Part shown: one piece after another, positions 8,935 through 17,716 of the stretch
Numbering within the stretch: the stretch's first letter is position 1
Layout of the letters: each line of letters opens with the position of its first letter
Assembly (NCBI GenBank): GCA_016787575.1
Contig: JAEUUO010000036.1
Location: 1,266 to 65,265 of the forward strand
Length of the DNA: 64,000 nt
Direction of reading: 5' to 3'
Source: Saprospiraceae bacterium
Lineage (GTDB): Bacteria; Bacteroidota; Bacteroidia; Chitinophagales; Saprospiraceae
The notes under the pieces: model-generated
Database searches by the model: none
What the model saw: the letters and a program-made list of their open reading frames with translations, nothing else
What the model was told of the DNA's origin: nothing
Program-made: the position numbers and the translations under genes

Positions 8935-9060
8935 CATGGTATACACTTAGTTCCACAAGAAAATTTAATTTTTCACTCTTGGCTTTCAATGTAAAATCTA
9001 TCTCCTTATCTTTGGCTTTCTCCCGTTAGCGGGACTGCGTGTATACCAAAACCGTTATGT
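8929..9060 (+). repeat. integron attC site (long AT-rich-centre family)
   Basis: CACTAAC-atggtatacac ... gggactgcgtgtatacc-aaaacc-GTTATGT. The opening core matches 6/7 the reverse complement of GCTAGTG at 8471-8477. Confidence 0.8.
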
Positions 9061-9079
9061 AGCATAAAAACATATAATA

Positions 9080-9727
9080 ATGAAAAGAAACACAATCAAT
9101 ATTCTGATTTCAGTATTATCTATATTTTCAGCTCAACGATTGCTTGCTCAAGAAAATAAATTCTTATTAAGTATTGAATACTCACCGAATTGTTCAAAAA
9201 TTACTGATGAAGTGGTTAATGAAAAATACAAATTAAGTCACAATGCATTAATAAGAATTGAATATAATACAAAAGGAAAGATTAAGCCATCATTAGGTTT
9301 AGGATATCTCAATACCGGTGAGTTAGAAAAATCTGAAATTGGAGGTCAGCAGGGAATTGAAGAAGTAAAATTCATTCATAATTATAATTATCTTTTCATT
9401 CCAATTGGGGTGATAATCAAATTTGGGAAGTTTTATTTCTTACCTGAAATTGGACTTGGAGTTAATATATCAAATAAAACAAGACAAATAACGAAATTTA
9501 CAAACGGTGAAACAGAAAAGGAAACGCGAGATGAAACCCTAATTTCTGGCGAATTTAATAAACTTTCAATCCCATTGTCATTAAGTGTCGCGAGGCAAAT
9601 TTCAATTGGTGGTAAATCATTTTCAACAGGATGCAAAGGATACTATGGAATTAACAAAGTTGTAAGAGATGTGCCTCGAAACAATCATTATTTTGGACTA
9701 GGGGTACTATTAGCAATGAATTTATAA
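9080..9727 (+). CDS. outer-membrane beta-barrel (porin-family-like) protein (cassette)
   Basis: Signal peptide ...FSAQRLLAQE, alternating beta-strand pattern, aromatic C-terminus. Confidence 0.5.
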   Translation: MKRNTINILISVLSIFSAQRLLAQENKFLLSIEYSPNCSKITDEVVNEKYKLSHNALIRIEYNTKGKIKPSLGLGYLNTGELEKSEIGGQQGIEEVKFIHNYNYLFIPIGVIIKFGKFYFLPEIGLGVNISNKTRQITKFTNGETEKETRDETLISGEFNKLSIPLSLSVARQISIGGKSFSTGCKGYYGINKVVRDVPRNNHYFGLGVLLAMNL

Positions 9728-9740
9728 ATGGAAATACGCT

Positions 9741-9808
9741 ACATAACAATACATATGACGATCAGCCTTCCCATTCGGTCAGGCAGCTGCATATGCAAAA
9801 CGTTATGC
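9741..9808 (+). repeat. integron attC site (68 bp, classical short form)
   Basis: ACATAAC-aatacatatgacgatcagcc...ggtcaggcagctgcatatgcaaaac-GTTATGC. ACATAAC is the exact reverse complement of GTTATGT at 9054-9060. Confidence 0.8.
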
Positions 9809-9893
9809 GCCACTTAGATAAACCAATCAAATGTTTAAACAAAATAAACTTAGAATCAAATCGTTTTGATTTTCTAATCAATTTAATAAAGAT

Positions 9894-10259
9894 ATGAAAA
9901 CAAATTACCAGCCTTACTTGATTGTAATAATATTACTCGGATTCGGATTTCTTTTCTTAAGACCTATACCAATTCCAAAAGAACAAGATTGTTTAATAAT
10001 TAAAGGAATTGTCAGTGGGATATACGAAGGTGGCACTCATGATGTTATCTTCAAATTAAAAGATCAAGTAAAACAATTTTATGTAAACCGAGGAACAGAG
10101 TACGGTCTTGATATAAAAAAAATGCAAAATGAATTGATAGATAAAGAGATCGTAATAAAATATCCAAATTATTGGTTATTGACGCTTCCAGGCAATGTTA
10201 TGATTCATGCTTCCAAAATCGAATTCAATGAAAGAACTTTATACACACAATTAGATTAA
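9894..10259 (+). CDS. hypothetical membrane-anchored protein (cassette)
   Basis: N-terminal TM helix. No recognisable domain. Confidence 0.45.
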   Translation: MKTNYQPYLIVIILLGFGFLFLRPIPIPKEQDCLIIKGIVSGIYEGGTHDVIFKLKDQVKQFYVNRGTEYGLDIKKMQNELIDKEIVIKYPNYWLLTLPGNVMIHASKIEFNERTLYTQLD

Positions 10260-10277
10260 TAAAGCGGCGCATAACAG

Positions 10278-11992
10278 GATGTGAAAAAACTACTTTCAAT
10301 TTAATTCAACAATTTCTTGTATATTTTAATTTGATATTGTATTTTTATGTTATATGAATCATATAACAGGTATGCCAAGATTACAAATGCAGATGAGTTC
10401 ATTGGAAGATTCCATTGACCAGGAAAACCCGGTAAGATTTATCGATGCATTTGTAGATCAATTAGATTTATTAAAGATTGGATTTGAAGTAAAAACGTTA
10501 AAAACAGAAGGCCGCCCTAGTTTTGAAGCTTCTACCTTACTTAAAATATATTTATATGGTTACTTAAATGGTTTGCGGAGTAGCCGCAGACTAGAAAGTG
10601 AATGTATTAGAAATATTGAACTACAATGGTTAACCTTGGGATTACAGCCAAATTATCATACCATCTCTGATTTTAGAAAAGACAATCCAAAAGCTTTAAA
10701 AAATGTTTTCAAATTATTTGTTTCATTTCTTAAAGACATTGATTTGATTGGTAGTCAAATTATTGCCATTGATGGGACTAAGTCAAGAGCTCACAACAGC
10801 AAAAAGAATAATTACAATCAAAAGAAAATTGATAGGCACTTAGCTTATATTGAGGAAAAGAGTAATGAATATCTTATTCAATTGGAGGATAATGATATAA
10901 AGGATGATTTAACAAAAGTCTTGAATATCCAGGAAAAAATAAATAGACTTAAACAGAATAAAATTAAGTATGAAGTTCTGCAAGAAAAACTAATAGATTC
11001 TGACGAACCACAAATAAGCACCACGGATCCAGACTCCCGTGCCCTGCTTGTCCATGGACAGGTTGTTGAAGTTTGTTACAATATCCAAACTGCAGTTGAT
11101 GATAAACATAAACTAGTTGTGGCAACTCATACGATTAATCGGAATGACCGTAATGCACTCACAGATATTGCATTAGAAGTAAAAGCAAATTTGAATGCGG
11201 ATGGTTTTGTGGCATTACTGGATAAAGGATATCACAATGGTAGAGAAATTCAGCAATGTACGGATGCCAATATTGATACAATTGCAGCCCCATCACTTAT
11301 TGTCAATAGCAATACATATGGAACAACACCGGAATATGTGGTAACTAATTTTGTTTATAATTATAAACTTGATACGTACACTTGCCCGCAAGGCAAAACA
11401 TTGAACACAACTGGAACATGGCACACTAAAACAAAGGATAACCATTCAGGTTATAAATTTAAAAAATACAGAACTCCTGAGTGCAAAACATGTCCAGCAA
11501 AACACCTTTGCACCAGAAGAGCGAGCGGAGGACGAGAAATAGAAAGAAGTGAATTTGCAACCGCAGTAGAAGCAAACAATACGCGCTACAAAGAAAATGC
11601 CGCATTGTATCGTAAAAGACAAGAAATTAACGAACATATCTTCGGAACAATAAAAAGGAAATGGGGATATTACTACACCAATCTAAAAGGACTAGATAAA
11701 GTCAACGGGGAGCACAGTTTAATTATGCTGGCTTATAATATTAAACGATGCTTTGCATTACCTGGCGTTCCAGAACTTACTGAGAAATTAAAAAATTGGG
11801 CTTCTCCTTACAAGAAAGACCCTGCTTTTCTTCAAAATTGGATTGATTTAAGACCTTTAGAACTCCTGGTGTTTAATCGGACTATTACGCTCTTTAAAAA
11901 ATGCATCGCATGTAACTCATAAAACTGGTTTATATGAGAACATACAATGAATTTTTAAAATTTTGAATATAAAAAATGGTATTTTCACACTC
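10278..11992 (+). mobile_element. IS1182-family (IS5-like DDE) insertion sequence, about 1.7 kb
   Basis: Imperfect terminal inverted repeats GATGTGAAAAAAC... and ...GTATTTTCACACTC, with similarity extending about 45 bp inward. Carries a single transposase ORF. Boundaries are approximate. Confidence 0.65.
10354..11922 (+). CDS. IS1182-family DDE transposase
   Basis: N-terminal FIDAFVDQLDL...RPSF...LLKIYLYGYLNGLRSSRRLE...TISDFRK (DUF772-type). DDE region AIDGTK...LLDKGY. C-terminal cysteine cluster and ...EHIFGTIKR. Confidence 0.85.
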   Translation: MNHITGMPRLQMQMSSLEDSIDQENPVRFIDAFVDQLDLLKIGFEVKTLKTEGRPSFEASTLLKIYLYGYLNGLRSSRRLESECIRNIELQWLTLGLQPNYHTISDFRKDNPKALKNVFKLFVSFLKDIDLIGSQIIAIDGTKSRAHNSKKNNYNQKKIDRHLAYIEEKSNEYLIQLEDNDIKDDLTKVLNIQEKINRLKQNKIKYEVLQEKLIDSDEPQISTTDPDSRALLVHGQVVEVCYNIQTAVDDKHKLVVATHTINRNDRNALTDIALEVKANLNADGFVALLDKGYHNGREIQQCTDANIDTIAAPSLIVNSNTYGTTPEYVVTNFVYNYKLDTYTCPQGKTLNTTGTWHTKTKDNHSGYKFKKYRTPECKTCPAKHLCTRRASGGREIERSEFATAVEANNTRYKENAALYRKRQEINEHIFGTIKRKWGYYYTNLKGLDKVNGEHSLIMLAYNIKRCFALPGVPELTEKLKNWASPYKKDPAFLQNWIDLRPLELLVFNRTITLFKKCIACNS

Positions 11993-12058
11993 TGACGTTT
12001 ATGGTAAGGCGAGAGTTAGTATTCTTTTGAATTTATTCAAACAAAATTTATATCAATA

Positions 12059-15000
12059 ATGAAAGAAGTTAGACAAGACGACATAGAGATTTATTTAGCA
12101 AATGCAGAAAAGCCAATAGCATATTCAAATTATTCTTATCCCATTAATAAGCTAGATGATAGAGTATATGAAGTTTTGACATATTCAATTTTCAAAAAAA
12201 GAATTGCCACAAATGATGCAGGAATTAGTGAGAAGCATTCTAATGTGATTCTGATGCAAGGTATTGGTGAAAAAGGGATGGATTGTATACTTACCTATGA
12301 GAATAGAATAAATGGAGTTATTCAATGTAAAAAGTATTCTAAAAATTTGACTGACACTCAAATATTAACGGAACTTATAAAGTTTGCAATTCACTTTTCT
12401 ATTGATAGTACAAGATTTACTCAAAGCAACAAATTAAAATATTTCTTTGCAACTTCAACAGGTTATACTGCAAAAGCAATTCAACTTATTGAGCTGATTA
12501 AAGACAAATCATTCCAGAGTAAATATGATTATATAAAAATAGTTACATCTATTATTGGAAAATATAAAGAGTTCAAGAATCTGAAATTAATAAGGTTGCA
12601 AGCTGAAATACCAAATATTTTGTCTAATTTTGAATATGAACTAATAAGACCTGATGATTATAACCTTTGGATAAATACCTATCCTGAAATTATTAATACA
12701 TTTTTTGAAGTAAAAAAAGTTACGGATAATTCTCTGATAGAAGAGAAAGGGAATGAGATTTTGAATAAAATTGAAACTCTGTTTTCAGTAAAAGAATCAG
12801 AAGTTATTGATTCTTTTATCAAGAAATACAAAGCTGTTGCTGTTGAGAAGCTAAATCTTGTAAATTTTATTGGTTTTGATTTACACAGATATAGGCAAAA
12901 ACCAGCAGAAATAACATTGACAGAATTATTTGTTATGCCTTCTTTTATTCAAAGAATAAGCGATAAAAATAAAAAAGTTCTAAGTATTGTTGATAAAGAC
13001 TTAAAAGTTGCAAATGTTTTTAAGTCGGATAAAAATATAATCCTTCTTGGAGATCCAGGTGCTGGTAAATCATTACTTGTTAAATTTATTATAGTACAAA
13101 TTTTAAATGGAGCTGAAGATAAAATTGGTCTAAAGCAATTTGGCCATGCCATTCCATTTAGAATAGAATTAAGGAAATACAATGAGGTTCGAGAAAGTAA
13201 AAGTGTTATTGAGTATTTGTCCGATCTACTTGATAAAGAGTATCAAACTGCTATTGGTATTGATATGTTAAGTAAATTAATTCATAATTATGAGTCAATT
13301 GTCTTTTTTGATGGATTAGATGAGATATTTAATGCAACCCATAAAAATAAAATGAAAGAATGCATTGAATTGTTTAGTATTAACTTTCCGAAGTCAAAAA
13401 GTGTAGTAACCTCTAGATTTATTGGTTATCATGATATTAATTTTAATCCTAAGAAGTTTGATGAATTTGCCATTCAGCGTTTTAATCAAAGTCAAATAGA
13501 AGAATTAATAGCAAAATTTTATGCGACTCAAATTTCAAATATTGATAAAAGGCGCATATCAATAGTAAATTGCATTTCGCAAATCGAAAAAGAAGTTGAC
13601 AACGATTTAAAGAGCAACCCACTTATAATGACTCTGATTCTAATTCTTACGAGTAACAATATTATTATTCCGGATTCTAAGCTAGAAATTTATGAAGCAT
13701 GTACCAAGACATTAGTAGATAGTATTGATACTAGAGAGAAAGAATTGAAGATAGAAATGCCAGTAAAAAATAAGCGACTCACATTTGCTCACTTAGCATA
13801 TTGGCAATATGAATCACTTAGTAAGAATTCAAAAATTTCCTATGATAGAGCTGTTAAAGCAATATCAGATTTTCTAATTGATAAAAAAGAAGTTTTAGAT
13901 ATTACAGAAGCAGAGGATAAGGCCAAAAAATTCCTGGATTATGCTGAAAAGCGATCAATATACTTTGAAGATAACTTCACTCATAAAACATTTTTAGAAT
14001 ATTATACCGCAGACTACCTGTATATAAATTTTTTTACGAAAGCAAATGATCAAGCAAGAAAGAAGGTAATTTCTATTATCACTAATTATCTTCCAAAGGC
14101 ATTTTGGTATATCGTTTTTGAGTTGCTATTAACTAGAATAGATAAAGAACAGGCAGACTCTGAATTGTTGGATGAAATATTTTCAAAGCAAATTGAATCC
14201 AATTCTCTTAATGTTTTTTATTTTTTAATTAGTAATTTAACTAAATTTATAAATATTAGTAATGAAATAAAATCGAAAATAATTAAGAAAACTATATTGC
14301 TATGTATCAAAGGAGAAAAGGTATCAGAACTTAGACATGGTTATCATTTTGAAGAAAATAGTTTATTAGCGAAGATAAATTACTTACAAAAGGATGATAG
14401 TTTATTCGATATATTCCAAGCAGCTATCTATGAATTTGAAGATGATGGCCTAGATGATAGAGATTTAATTGAATTTTACATATTTTATTATGAGGTAGTC
14501 TCCTTAAATTTTAAAATGAAGTATGAAAATTCTTTAAAAATTAAAAACAAAAGGAAGCTTAAGGAGCTTAGTTATAAAGACCTTCACTTGTTCTGTCAAT
14601 CTATCGTTCCAAGAAAAAACAAAGATGAAGTGATTTCCATTAATGTGCTTTTGGATCAGATAGAACATTTTGGCACTAAAAGTTTATTTAAAAATTTAAA
14701 ATTTCGTCATCGAGATAATGTATTTAGAATTGATACATTTGATATTTATCTTATGAGTGTAATTGAAAATTTAGATTATGAGGCATTTCAGGAAGATTAT
14801 TTTAAACTTTTAAAAGCTGGTTTAAGACATGACCAGATATTGGATCATGTAAAATCTTCAAAATTATTTTTCTTTCATAGAGGAGAAGGTTTTGAGAAAC
14901 TTCTTAATTTCTTTTTAAAATCTAACAATAAGGAACTAGATGACATTATACTTGGGCTTGTGAGAAATATTGGTGAAATGAGAATTACTTACGAAAAATT

Positions 15001-15061
15001 TAGAGAGACCAATTCTAATTCAAAGCTTAGAATCATAGACAAAATATTTAAGAGGAAATAG
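12059..15061 (+). CDS. NACHT-family STAND NTPase with N-terminal Mrr-like PD-(D/E)xK nuclease domain and large helical C-terminal region (Avs/bNACHT-like)
   Basis: YEVLTYSIF...GEKGMDCIL...GVIQCKKY (D...QxK nuclease motif). Walker A LLGDPGAGKS (13049-13072). Walker B IVFFDGLDE. About 550 aa of C-terminal alpha-helical sequence. Confidence 0.75.
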   Translation: MKEVRQDDIEIYLANAEKPIAYSNYSYPINKLDDRVYEVLTYSIFKKRIATNDAGISEKHSNVILMQGIGEKGMDCILTYENRINGVIQCKKYSKNLTDTQILTELIKFAIHFSIDSTRFTQSNKLKYFFATSTGYTAKAIQLIELIKDKSFQSKYDYIKIVTSIIGKYKEFKNLKLIRLQAEIPNILSNFEYELIRPDDYNLWINTYPEIINTFFEVKKVTDNSLIEEKGNEILNKIETLFSVKESEVIDSFIKKYKAVAVEKLNLVNFIGFDLHRYRQKPAEITLTELFVMPSFIQRISDKNKKVLSIVDKDLKVANVFKSDKNIILLGDPGAGKSLLVKFIIVQILNGAEDKIGLKQFGHAIPFRIELRKYNEVRESKSVIEYLSDLLDKEYQTAIGIDMLSKLIHNYESIVFFDGLDEIFNATHKNKMKECIELFSINFPKSKSVVTSRFIGYHDINFNPKKFDEFAIQRFNQSQIEELIAKFYATQISNIDKRRISIVNCISQIEKEVDNDLKSNPLIMTLILILTSNNIIIPDSKLEIYEACTKTLVDSIDTREKELKIEMPVKNKRLTFAHLAYWQYESLSKNSKISYDRAVKAISDFLIDKKEVLDITEAEDKAKKFLDYAEKRSIYFEDNFTHKTFLEYYTADYLYINFFTKANDQARKKVISIITNYLPKAFWYIVFELLLTRIDKEQADSELLDEIFSKQIESNSLNVFYFLISNLTKFINISNEIKSKIIKKTILLCIKGEKVSELRHGYHFEENSLLAKINYLQKDDSLFDIFQAAIYEFEDDGLDDRDLIEFYIFYYEVVSLNFKMKYENSLKIKNKRKLKELSYKDLHLFCQSIVPRKNKDEVISINVLLDQIEHFGTKSLFKNLKFRHRDNVFRIDTFDIYLMSVIENLDYEAFQEDYFKLLKAGLRHDQILDHVKSSKLFFFHRGEGFEKLLNFFLKSNNKELDDIILGLVRNIGEMRITYEKFRETNSNSKLRIIDKIFKRK

Positions 15062-15067
15062 CCCTGA

Positions 15068-15198
15068 TATCAACTGAGTACTTACGATCATGGCGCAAAT
15101 AAGCTTTAATTTTCACTTTTAGCTTTTAATGAAATAATATTTCTTACTTTTGGATTTGGTGCTAGTGGCGGCCCGTCGCAATTGCCTGGCCGTTATAG
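15068..15198 (+). repeat. integron attC site (long AT-rich-centre family); opening core uncertain
   Basis: ...TATCAAC-tgag-TACTTAC-gatcatggcgc ... ggcggcccgtcgcaattgcctggcc-GTTATAG. The centre is typical (aattttcacttttagc...atttcttacttttgg). Confidence 0.6.
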
Positions 15199-15223
15199 GT
15201 CATAATAGCAAATTAGAATTAAA

Positions 15224-15829
15224 TTGAGAAATGTAATTTTATTTATACTAATTATTTTGAATTGTAACTGTAGGATAGAATCTAATTATGAAGAAGGACT
15301 TAAAAATTGTTTAAATAATTTTGCTTGAGCAAAGAAACTCGGTTCAAATGCAAGCATGTCGATTGGGCCAGATTGTTTGATTGGTGCTAGAGTTCCTGAT
15401 TTTAAGGTAGAACTTATTGATGGAAGTAAATATTCAAACGAAAACCTAAAGGGTAAAGTTAGTGTTATTAATTTTTGGTTTATTGACTGTCCGCCTTGTG
15501 TTGCAGAAATTAATGGCTTAAATAGTTTGGTTGAATTATTTGGAAAAGATAAAATAAATTATGTTGCATTTGGAAGAGATCCAAAAAGTGATATAGAATC
15601 ATTTTTAAAAAATCATGTTTGGAATTATAACCACATTTCTGGTGAAAATAATATTATTGATACTATTTTTAAACTGTATTGGGGTTATCCAGCAACTTTT
15701 ATTTTGAATAAACAAACAGAAATAATTTATACTGCTTCTGGTGGCAAATCAGATTCAACTGCAAGCGAAGAATTACTAAATAAACTTATTCCGATCCTAA
15801 AGAATGCAGAGGAAAATGACGACCTATAA
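15224..15829 (+). pseudogene. TlpA/thioredoxin-like lipoprotein reading frame interrupted by an in-frame TGA (15326-15328)
   Basis: TTG at 15224 opens LRNVILFILIILNCNC... (signal plus lipobox) in the same frame as the 15356 ORF. A single TGA separates them. Confidence 0.45.
15356..15829 (+). CDS. thioredoxin-fold thiol:disulfide oxidoreductase (TlpA/ResA-like), as tracked from the internal ATG
   Basis: VPDFKVELIDG...LKGKVSVINFWFIDCPPCVAE contains a CxxC motif. Confidence 0.7.
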   Translation: MSIGPDCLIGARVPDFKVELIDGSKYSNENLKGKVSVINFWFIDCPPCVAEINGLNSLVELFGKDKINYVAFGRDPKSDIESFLKNHVWNYNHISGENNIIDTIFKLYWGYPATFILNKQTEIIYTASGGKSDSTASEELLNKLIPILKNAEENDDL

Positions 15830-15953
15830 CTTCGTACTTGCGATAATGCCGTCAAGCACCAGATATTTTCACTTTTGGCATGAATTGAAAAACTATTTTC
15901 TATATTTGGTATAATTGGAATGGTTGCACATCGCAAGTATTTCATCGTTGACT
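15824..15953 (+). repeat. integron attC site
   Basis: CTATAAC-ttcgtacttgcgat...atcgcaagtatttcatc-GTTGACT. CTATAAC is the exact reverse complement of GTTATAG at 15192-15198. The ORF stop lies inside the core. Confidence 0.8.
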
Positions 15954-15978
15954 GCATTTGTAAAACATAATTTAGACA

Positions 15979-16896
15979 ATGGGAAGAACAAGTAAACGAC
16001 TTTTAATTGGAGCATCAAGTCCTGTTGGATATTTCTATGAATATGATAGAGTGAAAATTCATGGAAAACCAGCCCCTATTTTGGAAACACCATTAAGCTA
16101 CTGTTTGCTTTATGACGAAATCTGGTTTCTTAGTAGAAAGGTATGTCCTCACAATATGGAGAATTTAAGTTTTGTCCATTTTGTTGACGAAGACTTAATG
16201 CCCAAAGGGCTTCCTTTAGATTTCGCAAAAGACCAAAATCTCAATCCTTTTGGAGAATTCCCTTGGGAATCATGGAAAGATGTGATTAAAAGGACAATTG
16301 GTCTAAGATGGAGTTATGACAACCATTCAAGTAATATGCAATTTGGGGAACTGCGAATGACACCAACACCTGGAAATTATTTGAATTTGCTAGTAGATAG
16401 ATATGTTGCAGCAATGCATGAAATGGATTTAGTAGAAAACTCTGCAAATTTGTTTTGGAGTCAAGAAGTTGACAATGTACAATTGAAATTAAGTATAAGT
16501 GAAAAACTATTAACATCATCAATCGTATCTTTGCAAACTATTAATGGGCCATGGCATCCTGAAATACATAATTTAAGAGAAGATAGTTTATTAAAAAAGT
16601 ATCGTCAGAAAATACAAGACGTCTCAGTTAATGAAATTAATGACGTTGATAAAAGAATTGGTGAATTGTCAAAAGAGTTTGAAAAAATATCACTAAAAAT
16701 AGTTTCTGAGCAATTTGAAACTACTGGACTTTTTACAGGAACAGCAATGTTTTTAGTGGGATTAATACCTACAATTGGAAATATAATTGGTGGTGGGCAA
16801 GTTCTAAATGATATCTATTCAAACATAAAATTAAGAGAACAAAAAGGCTGGGTTGGATTCTTGGGTAGAGCTAAAAGTTCATTAACAGAATTGTGA
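15979..16896 (+). CDS. hypothetical protein with C-terminal glycine-zipper TM helix (cassette)
   Basis: No recognisable domain. C-terminal GLFTGTAMFLVGLIPTIGNIIGGG. Confidence 0.5.
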   Translation: MGRTSKRLLIGASSPVGYFYEYDRVKIHGKPAPILETPLSYCLLYDEIWFLSRKVCPHNMENLSFVHFVDEDLMPKGLPLDFAKDQNLNPFGEFPWESWKDVIKRTIGLRWSYDNHSSNMQFGELRMTPTPGNYLNLLVDRYVAAMHEMDLVENSANLFWSQEVDNVQLKLSISEKLLTSSIVSLQTINGPWHPEIHNLREDSLLKKYRQKIQDVSVNEINDVDKRIGELSKEFEKISLKIVSEQFETTGLFTGTAMFLVGLIPTIGNIIGGGQVLNDIYSNIKLREQKGWVGFLGRAKSSLTEL

Positions 16897-16906
16897 AAAT
16901 AACTGC

Positions 16907-17036
16907 AGTCAACAATGTACTTACAGACATGCCATCTAAAAATTTAGTTTTCACTTTTGACTTAGATTGAAAATACAATTTCTTACTTTTGCCTTCTGGA
17001 CAAGTAGCGGCGCGGCGCAAGTACATAGCGTTATGA
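16907..17036 (+). repeat. integron attC site
   Basis: AGTCAAC-aatgtacttac...gcgcaagtacatagc-GTTATGA. AGTCAAC is the exact reverse complement of GTTGACT at 15947-15953. Confidence 0.8.
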
Positions 17037-17716
17037 CGACAAACCAAACTTCAATATCAACTTATCACGAATATATTCTTGAAGCAATTTATGCTTTGCG
17101 ATACGGACTAGCTTATTATGAAATTGCAAAGCAAATTCCAGCTGACACAGGTTCGGACCAATCAATGCTAATTGCAGAAATAAATAGCCGTTATTCATTT
17201 CTAATGATTTCAAACTCGCTTGAATCAGCAGCAAACGCCTTACTTCTTAGTCTAAACCTAGACAAAGAATATTACGCAGAATTAGAACGGACAAGCACTT
17301 TAGTTAAGTTTAAAATATTCTGTGACTTTTTAGGCAAGCGCCTTGACCAAGGTGATATTAAGTTTGGTAGAATTAAGGATATAATCAACTGTAGAAATGA
17401 ATTTGTTCATCCTAAACCAAGAAAAGCAACTTACCGAATAGACAATTTTAATTCAGAAATTAAGTTTGAGGTCAAATCGACAAAAAACCGAAACTATCCG
17501 GCCTATTTTAGTGAAATAAAGCCTACCCATGTATTGACAGCTTTGGAAGACACTTTGATTTTTATTTCTTGGATTTGTTTTGACATTTGTAAGTTAGAGA
17601 TTCAAGATGGAGCCTTTAAGCTTGGTTTTGGTTCGTACGGTAGCACCGGAGACATAGACAATATTGGTGAAGATTACGAAATTAAATTTGATAAACGGAC
17701 TTTTGGACAGCAATGA
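17033..17716 (+). CDS. hypothetical alpha-helical protein with HEPN-type Rx4H motif (candidate RNase; cassette)
   Basis: CRNEFVHPK (R121-H126, nt 17393-17410) in a predicted helical context. Start moved to the ATG that overlaps the attC closing core (gttATGa). Confidence 0.5.
   Translation: MTTNQTSISTYHEYILEAIYALRYGLAYYEIAKQIPADTGSDQSMLIAEINSRYSFLMISNSLESAANALLLSLNLDKEYYAELERTSTLVKFKIFCDFLGKRLDQGDIKFGRIKDIINCRNEFVHPKPRKATYRIDNFNSEIKFEVKSTKNRNYPAYFSEIKPTHVLTALEDTLIFISWICFDICKLEIQDGAFKLGFGSYGSTGDIDNIGEDYEIKFDKRTFGQQ

Larger units (their letters stand above)
10269..12021 (+). repeat. attC site disrupted by IS insertion (left remnant about 10269-10277, right remnant about 11993-12021)
   Basis: GCATAAC at 10269-10275 is the exact reverse complement of GTTATGC at 9802-9808. 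Candidate closing cores are GTTTATG (11997-12003) and GTTAGTA (12015-12021). Confidence 0.5.

Noticed and set aside
5111-13182. Antisense or short internal ORFs inside large cassette genes (5111-5320, 6523-6765, 12949-13182 and similar ones elsewhere)
   Set aside because: They are low-complexity translations embedded in well-supported longer genes on the opposite strand. They have no independent start or promoter signals.
15326-15328. TGA in the TlpA-like frame as a selenocysteine codon
   Set aside because: The codon lies in the linker, not in the CxxC redox motif. Only a weak 6-bp stem (TGCTTG/CAAGCA) lies nearby, not a convincing SECIS element. Other genes in the window use TGA as a stop (for example 2286-2288). 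A nonsense mutation is more likely.
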